Positions 14,007-25,800 of a stretch of DNA of 64,000 nucleotides are shown here, one piece after another; the first letter of the stretch is position 1; each line of letters starts with the position of its first letter. The notes beneath the pieces were generated by a model. That model did no database searches. It had not been told where the DNA came from and was given only the letters and a program-made list of their open reading frames with translations. This stretch comes from Klebsormidium nitens (taxonomy: Eukaryota > Plantae > Klebsormidiophyceae). Both the position numbers and the translations under genes were made by a program. The stretch is taken from NCBI GenBank assembly GCA_000708835.1, contig DF237313.1, forward strand, positions 1-64,000. The letters are read 5' to 3'.

Positions 14007-15512
14007 ATGGCTGATCGAAGGAGGGAACCGAGTGTTCCAGAACCGAGAGGGTCTGGACGGAAGCGAAGAAAAACGCAAGAGGAGGGGCTTGAGGTACGCC
14101 CGTAGTCTCGGGAGTCATTGAAGTAGACCATGCTCTTGATGAAGTACCACTCAGTATTCTGAAGTACTTGAAAGACCCAGACGCTTCTGAACAAGAAGGA
14201 CGCTTGTGAGCATGGGATTTGATGACATGTCCGACTCCAATGACATCACGTCTCCAAAAGCCCGGCTGACGACCACCGAGTGCCTTTGTCATGGTTCTTC
14301 AATCCTCCAAAGTCTGAAAGTCCTGGCATATAGAGCTCCAATGGGCAAATCCATAGTCTCCTGCACCAGCTTTCTTTACAGTTTCCATTTCCTCCAGAAA
14401 TTAAGCTCAGTCTTTGCCTGCAGGGAGACGCACCCGATGACCGGCCATCAACATCCGGTCAGGCCGCCACCTTAGACCCTGAGCTCTTTCTCCCCACTAC
14501 CCTGCCCTTCAAGCTCGTCCAAACTGCGGAACGCTACCCCAAGGGCGCCTTGCGGCACTGGAAGCGCCTGAAGCAGATTGTTCAAGGGGAGAACTACCAC
14601 CTCCTACCAGCCGACGAACCGACTTGTATCCTCCTCACTTTGATTGGTCTGAGTTGGATTCTGCTGACCAAAGAACTGGTTGTCAAACGGACAAAAGGTG
14701 ACATGTTGAGAAGCAGAATCTCGTCATGAGCTTTTAGGCTAGAATGCTTCGCTTTTTGAATGAACGCTGAGTTTAATTCGTCAGGTGGAAAGAGGTTTGC
14801 TTTCTCATAGCGATTCTGGAAGGTATGTAGATTTTGTCTACGAGGTGGTAAGAAGATCAGGTATGCAAGACCTCACAATGCAGTCAGATGCATGCCCTTC
14901 TTGTGGAAGAGTCGAAATAGCAAAGAGTCCTTCAAGAGAACTTGTATCGTGTGATGTCCTTGACACGTTTTACAGACGCCAACATAGAAGCGCCGCCGTC
15001 GATGTATCCAGCCAAAAAGTACTGTGACATGACAGGCTTCGAGGTAAGCACAAAGGTCCTCCTCGAGCTTCCTTATGCTCCTGCTCATGTTAAAGGACTC
15101 CTGGGCGTTAGTTCAATCTTTCCCGTTCGTATGCTACTTATATATCGGGCTTTGAGTGGACTTGATCACCTTTCCGTCTATTTTTAAGACTTTGATCTTT
15201 GATCTTTGATCTTTGATCTGTTGCTGGCCGTTGCTCGCTCGTCAAATCAGTTGTTGGGGATAGTGTAGGTCCTCTCTTCGCAAGGACTCCTAAGCACGTG
15301 TCATGCGCAGGCTTTGTCTCTCTTATTGTCATCTCAACACTCTCAACACCTTACGAAGACATCCGCATTTCTGCCTGCAGGCGAAGTATACGGACCCACG
15401 GACGAAAATGCGCTATGCAGACGCAGAGGCCTTTAAGTTTGTTCGAGCATTGCCAGACGCGACAGTGCAGGCCTACCTGACCCTTCGAAACGCAGCAGTC
15501 GTCCTGAGATAG
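14007..15512 (+). CDS. IES6: INO80 complex subunit C / IES6 (YL1-C domain), exons 14007-14093, 14463-14625, 14976-15043, 15381-15512
   Basis: Motifs WKRLKQIV, Y-ANIEAPPSMYPAKKYCDMTGFE and AKYTDPRTKMRY...YLTLRNAAVVLR. Exon phases are consistent. Confidence 0.9.
14626..14975 (+). other. Probable U12-type (minor spliceosome) GT-AG intron in IES6
   Basis: The donor GTATCCTCC is close to the U12 consensus RTATCCTTT. The branch site TCCTTGAC at 14957-14964 ends 11 nt before the 3' end, and there is no long polypyrimidine tract. Confidence 0.7.
15190..15217. repeat. Heptanucleotide microsatellite (CTTTGAT)x4
   Basis: Read directly in the last IES6 intron. Confidence 0.9.
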
Positions 15513-17102
15513 ATCTCGTCAGCTCAAGGCTCTGTTGAGATTGCCTGGTCGAGTCGAATCTTGGACTGGGGACTTCCCTACTTACAGCCGAACGACCGGT
15601 CAAACGGCCTACTAAGTGCAGCATTTGATACAGACGGTTCAATCCAAGTTTAGCAGTAGATTTGTAAAGCGACAGAGCTATTGCGTTCAGTACATGATTT
15701 AGAAACTAGTTGGACATCATACTGAGCCTCGTGAAGTCATGCGATCAGCTGTAATGAACCATTTTCTCTTGAGCTTTGAAAGTGTACGTTGGCGCCTGCA
15801 ATCATGTCAATTCTAGCTTGCAGTGGAGACTATGGTTTACTACAGCCTGATGTTCAAGCGCGCTCCAATACGGATGTGCAGCTGGCTTACTTGATTAATC
15901 CTAGAACTGACTTGTGCCTACCTGCATGATCATGAGCATGAGCTGCCGCCACGACCGCACTTATGTGCACCCCGCATCGTAGCGCATCGGGCGGGCCTGC
16001 TGAAGACATATGTCGATGGTCATCGATCATGTAACCAAATATCATGACGCCAGGCCCGGGCTCCTTGATATACTTGTATTGACCGCAGCCAATCAAGCCG
16101 CGGCCTTGTCGAAGATCTGTTACGATAGCTCATGTGGATCTCCTTCCTTGACTATTTGCATGATATAATGGCTTTTTGTGCAGCCTACGGACTTACTACA
16201 CGCATGCCAGCTAGGGGCAACAAAACCATGCTTGCCGACCAGTCAACAGCCAATCGAAGGGAACCCGCTAGCATGTCATTAAATGACGCTTGTTTTGAGA
16301 GAAATCTTCTCGTCCATCAGGCATGCTTGACAGTAAAACGAGCTCTTGGTTGGTTTGTCAGACCGATGCCGTGTAATCCCAGCCTGAGAGTGACATTGAC
16401 TTAAAGGGTTTGCAACAAACCGCCTTGCAGCGGCAGCAGCTTTCACATCGCAAACCTCGCTATTTGTAGATTTAACTATTCTGATACGCACTGTTACTGA
16501 AGACCTATGTCAGATATGTCAACACGTTTCTTGATAGAGCAGACACCATTCGCTTATAGTTTTAAGCGGCCGGGTATCAAGGCTCAGCTCGTCTGCGTGC
16601 CCCGATCACAGGAATACTAAACGGAGGTCACGTGTTTGACCTTTTGGCAGACGCAACGGCTCCGATAAGCTAGAAATCTTCAATCTCTGCCTCATCGTCT
16701 GTGGCTGGGTACTCGTTGTTTCCGGCCATCTCGTCCTCTGAACCGTCTGAGAAGTCCCTTTCGTCGTCCGTTTTCTGCAAGGTTGGGATTTTTGTTCAGC
16801 TTTGTGTGAGCTGGTATCAGCAAGACTGATCCTGCAGCATTGGTGGCCCGAGAGCAGCCTTCGGCTTTCACCTGATTGTAACAAAGCTCGCTGCACTCAA
16901 AAGCTCCCGGGAATCAGCAGCCCGGCACCTCCTGACTCCCGCGACCCATACTCCATTCAGTATGCTGGAAGCTCGCTATGTCTCGACTGTCACCTGCCAT
17001 CAGCATCAGGCCAAGGCCCAGTCGGGGTCAAGGCATTGACTCCAAAAATAGCGTCGCAACAGCCTCATTGAATATGCACGTTACGATCCGCAAGTCAAGA
17101 CG

Positions 17103-19061
17103 TCACCTTTTTGCTGCCGCCCTCACCTCGTCGCTCTCGCCGCTGCTCGCACTTGGCAGCGCCACCGGGGTGAGGCGTGCGCTCCTGCGAGCGGGCCCCT
17201 TGGCGTCCGACTTGGCGCTAGCTGGCGTCCGCAGATTGGTGCCCGAGCGAGTCTGAGCGGACGTGCGAGATTTGGGAGTCGCAATGACTGCGCTCTTACG
17301 CAGCTGGCGGGTCCGGCTGCTGCCGGCTGGTTTAGCGGGCGCTGGCCCTGGAATAAAAGCACAATTTGTCAATGGTTAAGATGATTTGTTGGACTAACCT
17401 GCCCCGTTCAGAATGGTTTCTGTGCAGGAACCGACGGCTCGCTTGTGTATGGATTCCTGGTGTCTAGTCTGGTGACTTAACTGGACAACAATTCGGAGCC
17501 CCTGTAGAACGAAAGCAGAGCCCTTCTTCAGATAGCACACAGGCTGAGCCTGACAGGAAGTTCTAGTTTTTCGAAAGTACTCAGAATCTACAGTGATTGG
17601 TGCGAAGTGGATATTGCAAAGAGAAAGGAATATTTCTGGAGGGCTACATTATCAGTCGTTCAACAGTAAAATGGTGGGGTTGCAACAGATTTGACCACAG
17701 GGCAGTCCAGAACTGCCGGTGGGCCATTAGTCAGCATGGTCTTCTCCACATTTCATCAAAGGAAAGACTCGTCCTCAGGGGTGTTCTAGACCAAAGCAGT
17801 ACCTGAGGACTCCGCCTTGGTGCTCTCATCCCGCCGGCCCTCCACGTCCGGGTACTGCAGCACCTTCCGCACACGCTCCTTGGCCTTCTTGGAGCCGCTG
17901 CGCGTCCGGGACCGTATGTGGCTCGGCTTATCCTCCTCCTCTTCCTCCTCCAGCGCTTCTTCTCCCTCCTCATGAGCTTCTAAATCTCCTCCCTCCTCGT
18001 CACTCTCCTCTTCCTCTTCCTCGCCTTCGCTCTCTTCCTCTTGGCTCTCGTCCTCCTCCTCTAGTTGTTTGAGGACCCGCTCGTCCTCTGCGTCGCTGTC
18101 CGGGTCCTGCCGCCGCCGCTTGGCGGACGACTTCTTGGCGCTGCTGGAGGACCGCTTTTTTTGCTCCTGCAAATTGTGAGACAAAGGCGTTGTCAGCTCT
18201 TCTTCAGGATGTTGACGGAAGCATTTTGGTTCATTCTGACAGCGTAACTGCAGTGTTTTGGATTGCCGGTTGAGCAATTCTTTATCAAGAACCAAGCAAG
18301 AGTTGATTGGATGGAATTCAGATCACAGACAACAAACATCGAGTGACACTGCTATCCGCTCGAGCCTAGGCTTTTCAGGTTCACAAAGGGAAGCGGTCTA
18401 CCCTTGAGCTCCTTTGAGCCTGGATCAAGAAGGTCAAAGTAAAAGCCAAATCTTGCAAAAAGTGGGTTAGACGGCGGGTTCTTCAAAACCTGATTGCTCA
18501 AAGAACGAACCACCACATACGTGATATCAACCCAGATCAATGGAGCTTACAGACTTTCTCTAATCAGTGGCTAAAGCAATCAAGAACTCGGTTGATGCAT
18601 CAACCGCTTCAGCAGCTGCAATTACTGTCCAGAAAAAACCTTGCCACGTTAAAAAGAACGTCTACCTGTGCAAGCCTACAGTATCACTAACCGTCATCGT
18701 CAATCAGATGCATTGATTCGTCCAATTCCCAAAAGGGGGCTCTGAGAGTTGACTCAGGACAGGAGGATGAGATCAAAACAGTCCTGACTAAACTTATCCC
18801 ACCCACCTTATCCAGTTTGTCCAGCTTCCCCTCTATCTTTCCTTGCAGCTTCTTTCTCGTCACATTCAGTCCCCCCATGTTCCAGTGTGCCTCCGCAGCC
18901 CATTCTAGCAAAGCTCCATTCACGGTGCCTGGAGGATCAACTCGCGACTTGGCTGGGTCATCTGGGAAGTACCTGTATGGCCGGGGAAGGCCAGAGCCAT
19001 AGAACTTGGAGAAGAGCGTTGGGAAGGTGAATTTGGTCGGGTGCTCCATAGTCATGGCCAT
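17103..19061 (-). CDS. Uncharacterised protein: conserved-looking N-terminal domain, poly-Glu acidic tract and basic Ser/Thr/Arg-rich tail; 3 exons (~19061-18808, ~18240-17808, ~17360-17103)
   Basis: The N-terminus MEHPTKFTFPTLFSKFYGSGLPRP...RVDPP...LLEWAAEAHWNMGGL...KLQGKIEG resembles, from memory, a plant family of unknown function. Junctions are GT-AG and in frame. Confidence 0.72.
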
Positions 19062-19884
19062 GTTCGGCTGGAGAAACCTTCGAATGTGTGGGAGTCTGCA
19101 GAGGATAGGTGGCGCTTTGCTGGGTTTGAAACCCTGCCTCAAGGTTCTATCCGCCAAGGTTTTTGTGGCTGCGCCGCTTAGCACTTGTGAACAAGAAATC
19201 GCCTTGCAGCTTTCAGCGCTAGCACACCAAGTGATGCAGAACGACGTAGCACAGCAATGAATGCAAGAAGACGTTTGCAATGTCGAGCTAGAGGTCGTGC
19301 TCAAACTTCAAAGAGACTTGAATCTTGAAGAGGGCCAAAACTCAGGAGACATGCTCTTCGACTCTTGAGTGGTGAGTCCTACAATTTGTTGGATGCATTG
19401 CGAAGTACCTACCTAGAAGAGCAATTTGAGAAATTTGGCGCGAAAAGAAACGAGTTTCCCGGCAGATCGTGCGGATAGTGACGCTAGCGCGACGCGTGGC
19501 AAGGCTTCTACTTTCAACCGTTGCCGGTGTTGCATCGGACGGCGGCCGCTTCACCGATGGATCGGCACGCAACTTTCAAATTCGTTTGCTGAATTACCGT
19601 ATGTTTCTGACTCGATTTGACTGGACAGTCTACTGCTGCTGCGATCAGATTGTGCAGCTCCTTGATACCTATGGCATTGGTAGCATGTAGCGGATGCAGG
19701 CACAGCCGCCTGCAGCAAGGGATGCGCATACAAGCCTGCGTCTCCTTATTGGACAGGTACCATACCACGCCTGAACTGGGACGCTGCGTTGAAGGGTCTG
19801 ATTTGAATTGCCAGCTTCCAACAACCTGATTTGCTTCTCAGCAGTTGCAGTAGGATGTCAACGTCTGCGCCCAGTCTGTGAGGC

Positions 19885-22800
19885 ATGTCGTCCTTGAGGG
19901 CTTTGTTGCGAGCTCCCTCTCGGCACTTCTTTGGGTCCCCAGCGGGGCAAGCTCCGGGAATGGAGTCCCTCCTCACCGACGAGAATGCTTCTGCGGACGG
20001 GGATAATGTAAGCGTGTCCAAAAGCGCGATCACACGGTCATCCCGGCAGCCCCTGGCCCCATCCTCCGAGAACTCTCAGTGTCCGACCTCTCCTAAGCCT
20101 GAAAGCATTGAGAGCGGGTGCGTCGAGACTGGGAGTATCGCACCAAAATCTGGTCCCCATTCAATCCCAGCCAGGCTTTCCACCCCGCCAAAGTCCCCGG
20201 GCAAAGCTAGCAAGGCAATCAAGCCTGAAGGCCTGGACGTATATGAGGAGCCGCCTTCCACTCCGACACAGGAGATTAGCCCTCATGCTTCCCCTCAAAA
20301 GGGGCCCACTCCTACTTGGGCCAAGAAGAGGGACGCCCCTCCTACCGAGGAGCCGGTCAGAGAGTCTCCTGAGCACTCTGAGAGGCGGGCCAAGAGCCCG
20401 TGGGGCCGGCGCGGGGGAACGGCCCGGGCGCTAGTGCTGGAGGACTCTTCTGCAACAGCTGGCAGTGACACTCCTAGGAGTTTGACAGCTGGCGTGGACA
20501 CTCCTAGAACGCCTGCCAGGGCCAAGACTCCGGGCAGAGGGTATCCCAGGCTTGGGCTGGGGCCGGGGCACTCAAAACACGAGGGGCATAGCTATATGAG
20601 CCCCACGCTGCAGGCGCTGGCGGAGAGCCTGCAGGAGGAGGAGTCAGAAGGAGCGATTGAGGACCAGAGCGTGCAGGTGAAACCCTGAAAAAAGGAACCG
20701 ACTAAGAATCTGAATTGTTGTGTTCTGTCTTAGTTACCTTGCATGACTGCATGGCAGAAAGAGCGGGAAGAGCCAGCTACATGGGATAGATGAGCTTGGA
20801 GCTACAAGGTGCTTTTCGTTGTGGGCCTGCATGCTGTTCAGACCGTGTCTTGTGTTTTGCCAATCCGTTGACAATTGAGACGCCAAAGGCTAAGATGCTT
20901 TAGCTGGCTTTATTTTATGCACCACGGTCAAAAAGGTCAAAGGTCTCTCAGATTTACCATTACAACTTCGGGTGTTGGGTAGCCCGTCAAAAATCAAAAA
21001 TCAGTTCTCCACGTCTTGGCCGCCTGCAACAGTCAAAAATAATATTTGCTTGTGCTCAGGTCATCGTACGTTTGCGCCCAATCAACGAGCGCGAAACCAA
21101 TCAGGGCGGCGCCAAGCGGTGCATCCAGCAGGCTGGCCCCCGCTCGCTACTCTGCATGACAATCCCCGAACCGACCCAGTTCACATTCGACCACGTCGTG
21201 GGAGACACGGTCTCGCAGGAGGCACTCTTTGCGCTCGTGGGGCAACCGATGGTGCAAAATTGTATCTACGGCTACAACAGCTCCATGTTTGCATATGGCC
21301 AGGTAGGGAGCTGAACCTTATGGCTCCTCCGCAGGATACAGATCTCCGCTAAAATCTGGGGGTTTACATGTTACCAAGGATAGATAGAGCTATTGTCTTG
21401 GCAGCAGGAATTCCTGCAGCCGTGTCTTACCTCTGGAAAGATGCAAAGTCTTTGTCCACGTTTTATTCAGGCCAGTCCCATGCAACCAGACTATTGTAGA
21501 CTAGCGACAGCTGTCGACGCCCCAGCCTGCAGGACAGTCCCCGAGGGCCGCCAGTGACTTTTCCTCTCCTTTAAAGCTGGGTAAGTGAGCCGCAAAATAT
21601 TGGTCTACTCTGCACATCTGCACCGCACACAATGAACACGGTATGGGGTTATGTGCAGACGGGCAGCGGCAAGACCTTTACAATGCTGGGCGACATTGCG
21701 GGCCTGCCGCTCCACCCCAGCGCCGACCGGGGCATCTCTCCCCGCGTGTTTGAGGAGCTGTTTGTGCGCATTAAGGAGGTAATACCTCCAAAAGCTCGGG
21801 GTCCAGTATGTTGGACTGACCATCTAACGTACCTGACGTATGGTAAAGTTCGTAGCATTTTGTGTCTTCGGCCTTGCTGGCAGGAGGGCTGGATGGGTCT
21901 CGTCTGCGGGGGGTGTCTCAAAAGCATTGGTCCGCTTTTCAGTTGGAGGGCCCCTGTTTTTCCAGAGAGCGGGGTTGTCAGTGCTAGTGATCACTTCCGG
22001 GTAGGTGAAAAAAGACCATGTTTGATTTGAAAAGCTCTGCTTTGATGCATCCGAAGTGCTGACAGCTGGTTGCTGCTGGTGTAACAGGCTGAGGAGGAGA
22101 AGCGGGAGAACCAACTGCAGTATGTGTGCAAGTGCTCGTTCCTGGAGGTAAGAATACTCTGCTTGGGGTCAGGTCTTCATGCCCGAGGATGTTCGTTGAC
22201 CATCAACAAACAAGCATAATCTGCCTTTTTGAAGGGGTACTATACTGGACACAAGCTATAGGTCCCTCGGTTTTGGTCGTATCTTGAAGGGGTTTTTATC
22301 ACCTTTCAAGCATCACACCTTGTCTCTCAGAAATAACAGATGTTCAAAGGTGTAAAGTCTCGCCCCAATGTGCAGATCTACAACGAGCAGATCACGGATT
22401 TGCTGGAGCCCACCTCGACCAACCTGCAGGTAGGTTGCCCTTGAAAGACCGCTTTTCTCAGCACCCTTGTGAATGGCATGACAAAGTATGACGTTTCGCT
22501 TATGTGGACTGCTTGAAAGCATTGTTTGTCTGGTTTCGGATTCCAGCCCTGACGTTTGCATCCCTGAGAAACAATTGTTTAATCCTTGTTCGGTCTGCCG
22601 AAGTGACAATTGTCATGGCTGTTCCTGCCACAACAGTCGGCTACGTCGGCACTTGCGAACTTACATTCAGACCCGATATCGCCCGATACAACGAAGGGGT
22701 TCCACAATATGTTGGATATCCGCCCACTCGTTTTGACAATCCTAAATAATGTTGAAAGCGGACTTAGTCACGGTGTCACCAATCGGAGCGGCATGTGTCA

Positions 22801-25800
22801 AGGTCGGCAATCACAACCGGTCAGGTCACCCTGCAATCAGCAAAAAAACAAACGAATGATTACGGTATCATTCTAGATGAGAATTCGATCGAAGAAGACG
22901 AGGAGCGGATGTGTTTGCAGATTCGCGAGGATGTAAAGCGGGGAGTGTTCGTAGAGGGGCTGTCGGAGGTGGCAGTCCACGGTGTCGAGGACGTCATCCG
23001 CCTCATGGTGCAGGTAAAAACTAGCTTGCTGTAAAAGGCCGGCGTAGGAATGGCTGGACTCGAAGTTCGTAAAGTGGGCCCCCCTCCGTTCAGTGCTCTT
23101 TAGGGAGTGTTAGAGGACGTATCAACTCAGAAGAAAACGGAAGTGTGCATGCCAACTTTTGTCACAGTGACATGTTCAAACTGACTATGGAGAAGCCAGG
23201 TTCTGCACCGTTCCTTAAGGATAGCAAAGGTCGCACTCCGAGACCCAGCAGATAACCCGAGCGCCTTAGAAGTTCCTGTCGACGAGTAAGCAGTCGTTGT
23301 CTGGCGACCTCTGCAGGGCGCCAACAATCGGAAGGTCGCCCAGACGAATATGAATCACGAGAGCAGCCGGTCTCACAGCGTGTTTACGTGCACCGTGGAA
23401 GGCAAGGTAGGGCTGCCGCTCTAGAGAATGGACGGACGAAAAACTTCCTCGTCAGTCCCCGCAACCGACTGATTGTGACTTGAGAGACACATAGCGTGTA
23501 GCCAGAACTTCACTGGTAGATCATTTTGCATGTCTGACGCCCTGGTATCGTTCTTCGCTTTGATACTGGTTTTCGAGTCCGCAGACAAGGCCTCGTCTTA
23601 CGTGCTCTGCAAAAGTGCTTGAGGCTAGAATTGTGGGGCCTTGCGTATACCTGGGTGCCAGATCGAAACGTGACAAGGCGCAAATCTGCATCAATGAGAA
23701 TCCTGCTTCTCGCAACCAGCGCTGGAATCTCGTTCACATTCAGGGCCTAAAAGCCAAAAGCTTTCCGACGTCAACTCTGCATGCACCTTTCTAGTTCTCA
23801 CCGGTGCCTGTTCACACTCCCCGTCTTTCCCACGTTGCAGTACGTGTCTGACAACGTGGTCAATACCCGCTTCTCCCGCCTGAATCTGGTCGATCTCGCG
23901 GGATCGGAGCGGCAGAAGAGCTCCGGCGCGGGCGGGGAACGCCTCAAGGAAGCGTCCAACATCAACCGCTCGCTCTCGGCGCTTGGGTGCGCAGCTTTCC
24001 CAATTACTAAAGTTTTCAAATTTAAGGCGTGTTGCTTCTTCCACGTCGAGCTCTAACACCAGTTGGGATGCTTGACTGTCTCACGGATGTCTATCGCTTT
24101 ATCAGTGCCTTCCGTCGAAGCTTGTCTTGGTTCAAAGGAGGGGGGTAAACGTTCAATTCCGCCTTTTTAAATCTAGCCTTCGACTCTCTCAAGGTTGCGC
24201 ATCGCTTTATCCGTTCCTTCCGTCGAAGCTTGTCTTGGTTCAAAGGAGGGGTACACGATTGATTTCGCCTTTTCAATCTGGCCTTCGACTCTCTCAAGGT
24301 TGCCCGTTGCTTTATTCCTTCCTTCCGTCGAAGCTTGTCTTGGCTCCAAGGAGGGTTAAACAATTGCTTTCGCCTTTTCAACCTGGCCTTCAAATCCTCT
24401 CCACTCCGAGGGTTTGTGCAGGTGTATCTGCCTAGCGATGTACTCTGTGCCTCATCTCAGGCCGTACGTCCTCGTGACGTCAGTCATTGCTGCGGCTCTC
24501 TGAACTCTTTGGTCGCTGGAAGAATACACATGCCCCGACGTTGACTCAAAAGCTATTCTTCGCTCACCCCTCTCCCCTGCAGGCTCGTCATCATGACGCT
24601 TGCTGACGTGGCCGAGGGAAAGCAGCGGCACGTGCCTTACCGGGACTCGCGCCTCACGTTTCTGCTAATGGTGAGCCGTAATATTCTCAGAGTTTCTGGC
24701 AAACCTCGACCGCAAAGCTGCCTTTTCCTGACTTTCTAAGTGGCCGTAGGGGTTTCCAGAGTTGTCAAGAAACGAACCTTCGCTTGGGCGCTGAAAGGGT
24801 TCAAAGACTAGCTTTTGGGATACGCAATCAGGATCGCCCCAGCATTGAATTGATTTTTACTGTAAGTACAATCTACTTATGTCTCTAGAGCTGCGAAAGT
24901 CTTGTGAAAATTAAGGTAACAGCCTTCCGTTTACGTCCTCCCAAGTGCAAATGAGTAGCTAAATCCGACGTAGATGATGTGTATGCAATCTCCCTATGTG
25001 CCATTCTTCTTGGACTTTATTCTGCAAAGCATGAAGCGAAGCTCGTTTCCATGCAGGACTCGCTGGGCGGCAACGCCAAGACCATCATGATCGCCAACGT
25101 CAGCCCCTCCACGGCGTGCTTCAGCGAGACCTTCAGCACGCTCAAGTTCGCGCAGCGGGCCAAGTTCATCCGCAACAAGGTGGGTGCCACGTGGCCTGCT
25201 GTGATTGGCTAAAAGCGAGCAGTTTTTGTTTCCGAATTTGTCCGCACCATACCACCCTCTGACAAGGTCTCGTCCTCGACTTCCCTTCCGCACGCCAACT
25301 ATGGAATTGTTTCTCGTGTTACTCCATCATGTTGACTTTTATGTTCAGCCGGGACAGGGTGCGAGCTGCTGAGAGCGACGGTGCGTTCCGCTGAAGTCGG
25401 CTTATCGGTCAATAATTCGCAAGCTGTGGCAAACGAGTGGTGACGTAACGAGAGCTGCTGCCTGACGTCATTTCTGTGGTTCCCATGCTCCGGGCTGTGG
25501 TGAACGAGGACACGAGCGGTAACGTGATAACAACCACGCCTTTCTGGCTGACGTCATCTTTTCTCTCTTCTCCTGCAGGCCGTGGTGAACGAGGACACGA
25601 GTGGTGACGTGGCGTCCCTCAAGGAGCAGATCAAGAAGCTGAAGGAGGAGCTGTGGCGCATCAAGGGGCCCCGGCACAGCATCTCGCCGCCCTCGGCAAA
25701 GCACCCCGGCGAGTCTCCGGGCACTCAAATGGTGCCCGGGAGGCCGTCCCCGGTTACCAAGTCAAAGGTGGGCCTTGAATCCTACAACATAGTGAGATCC

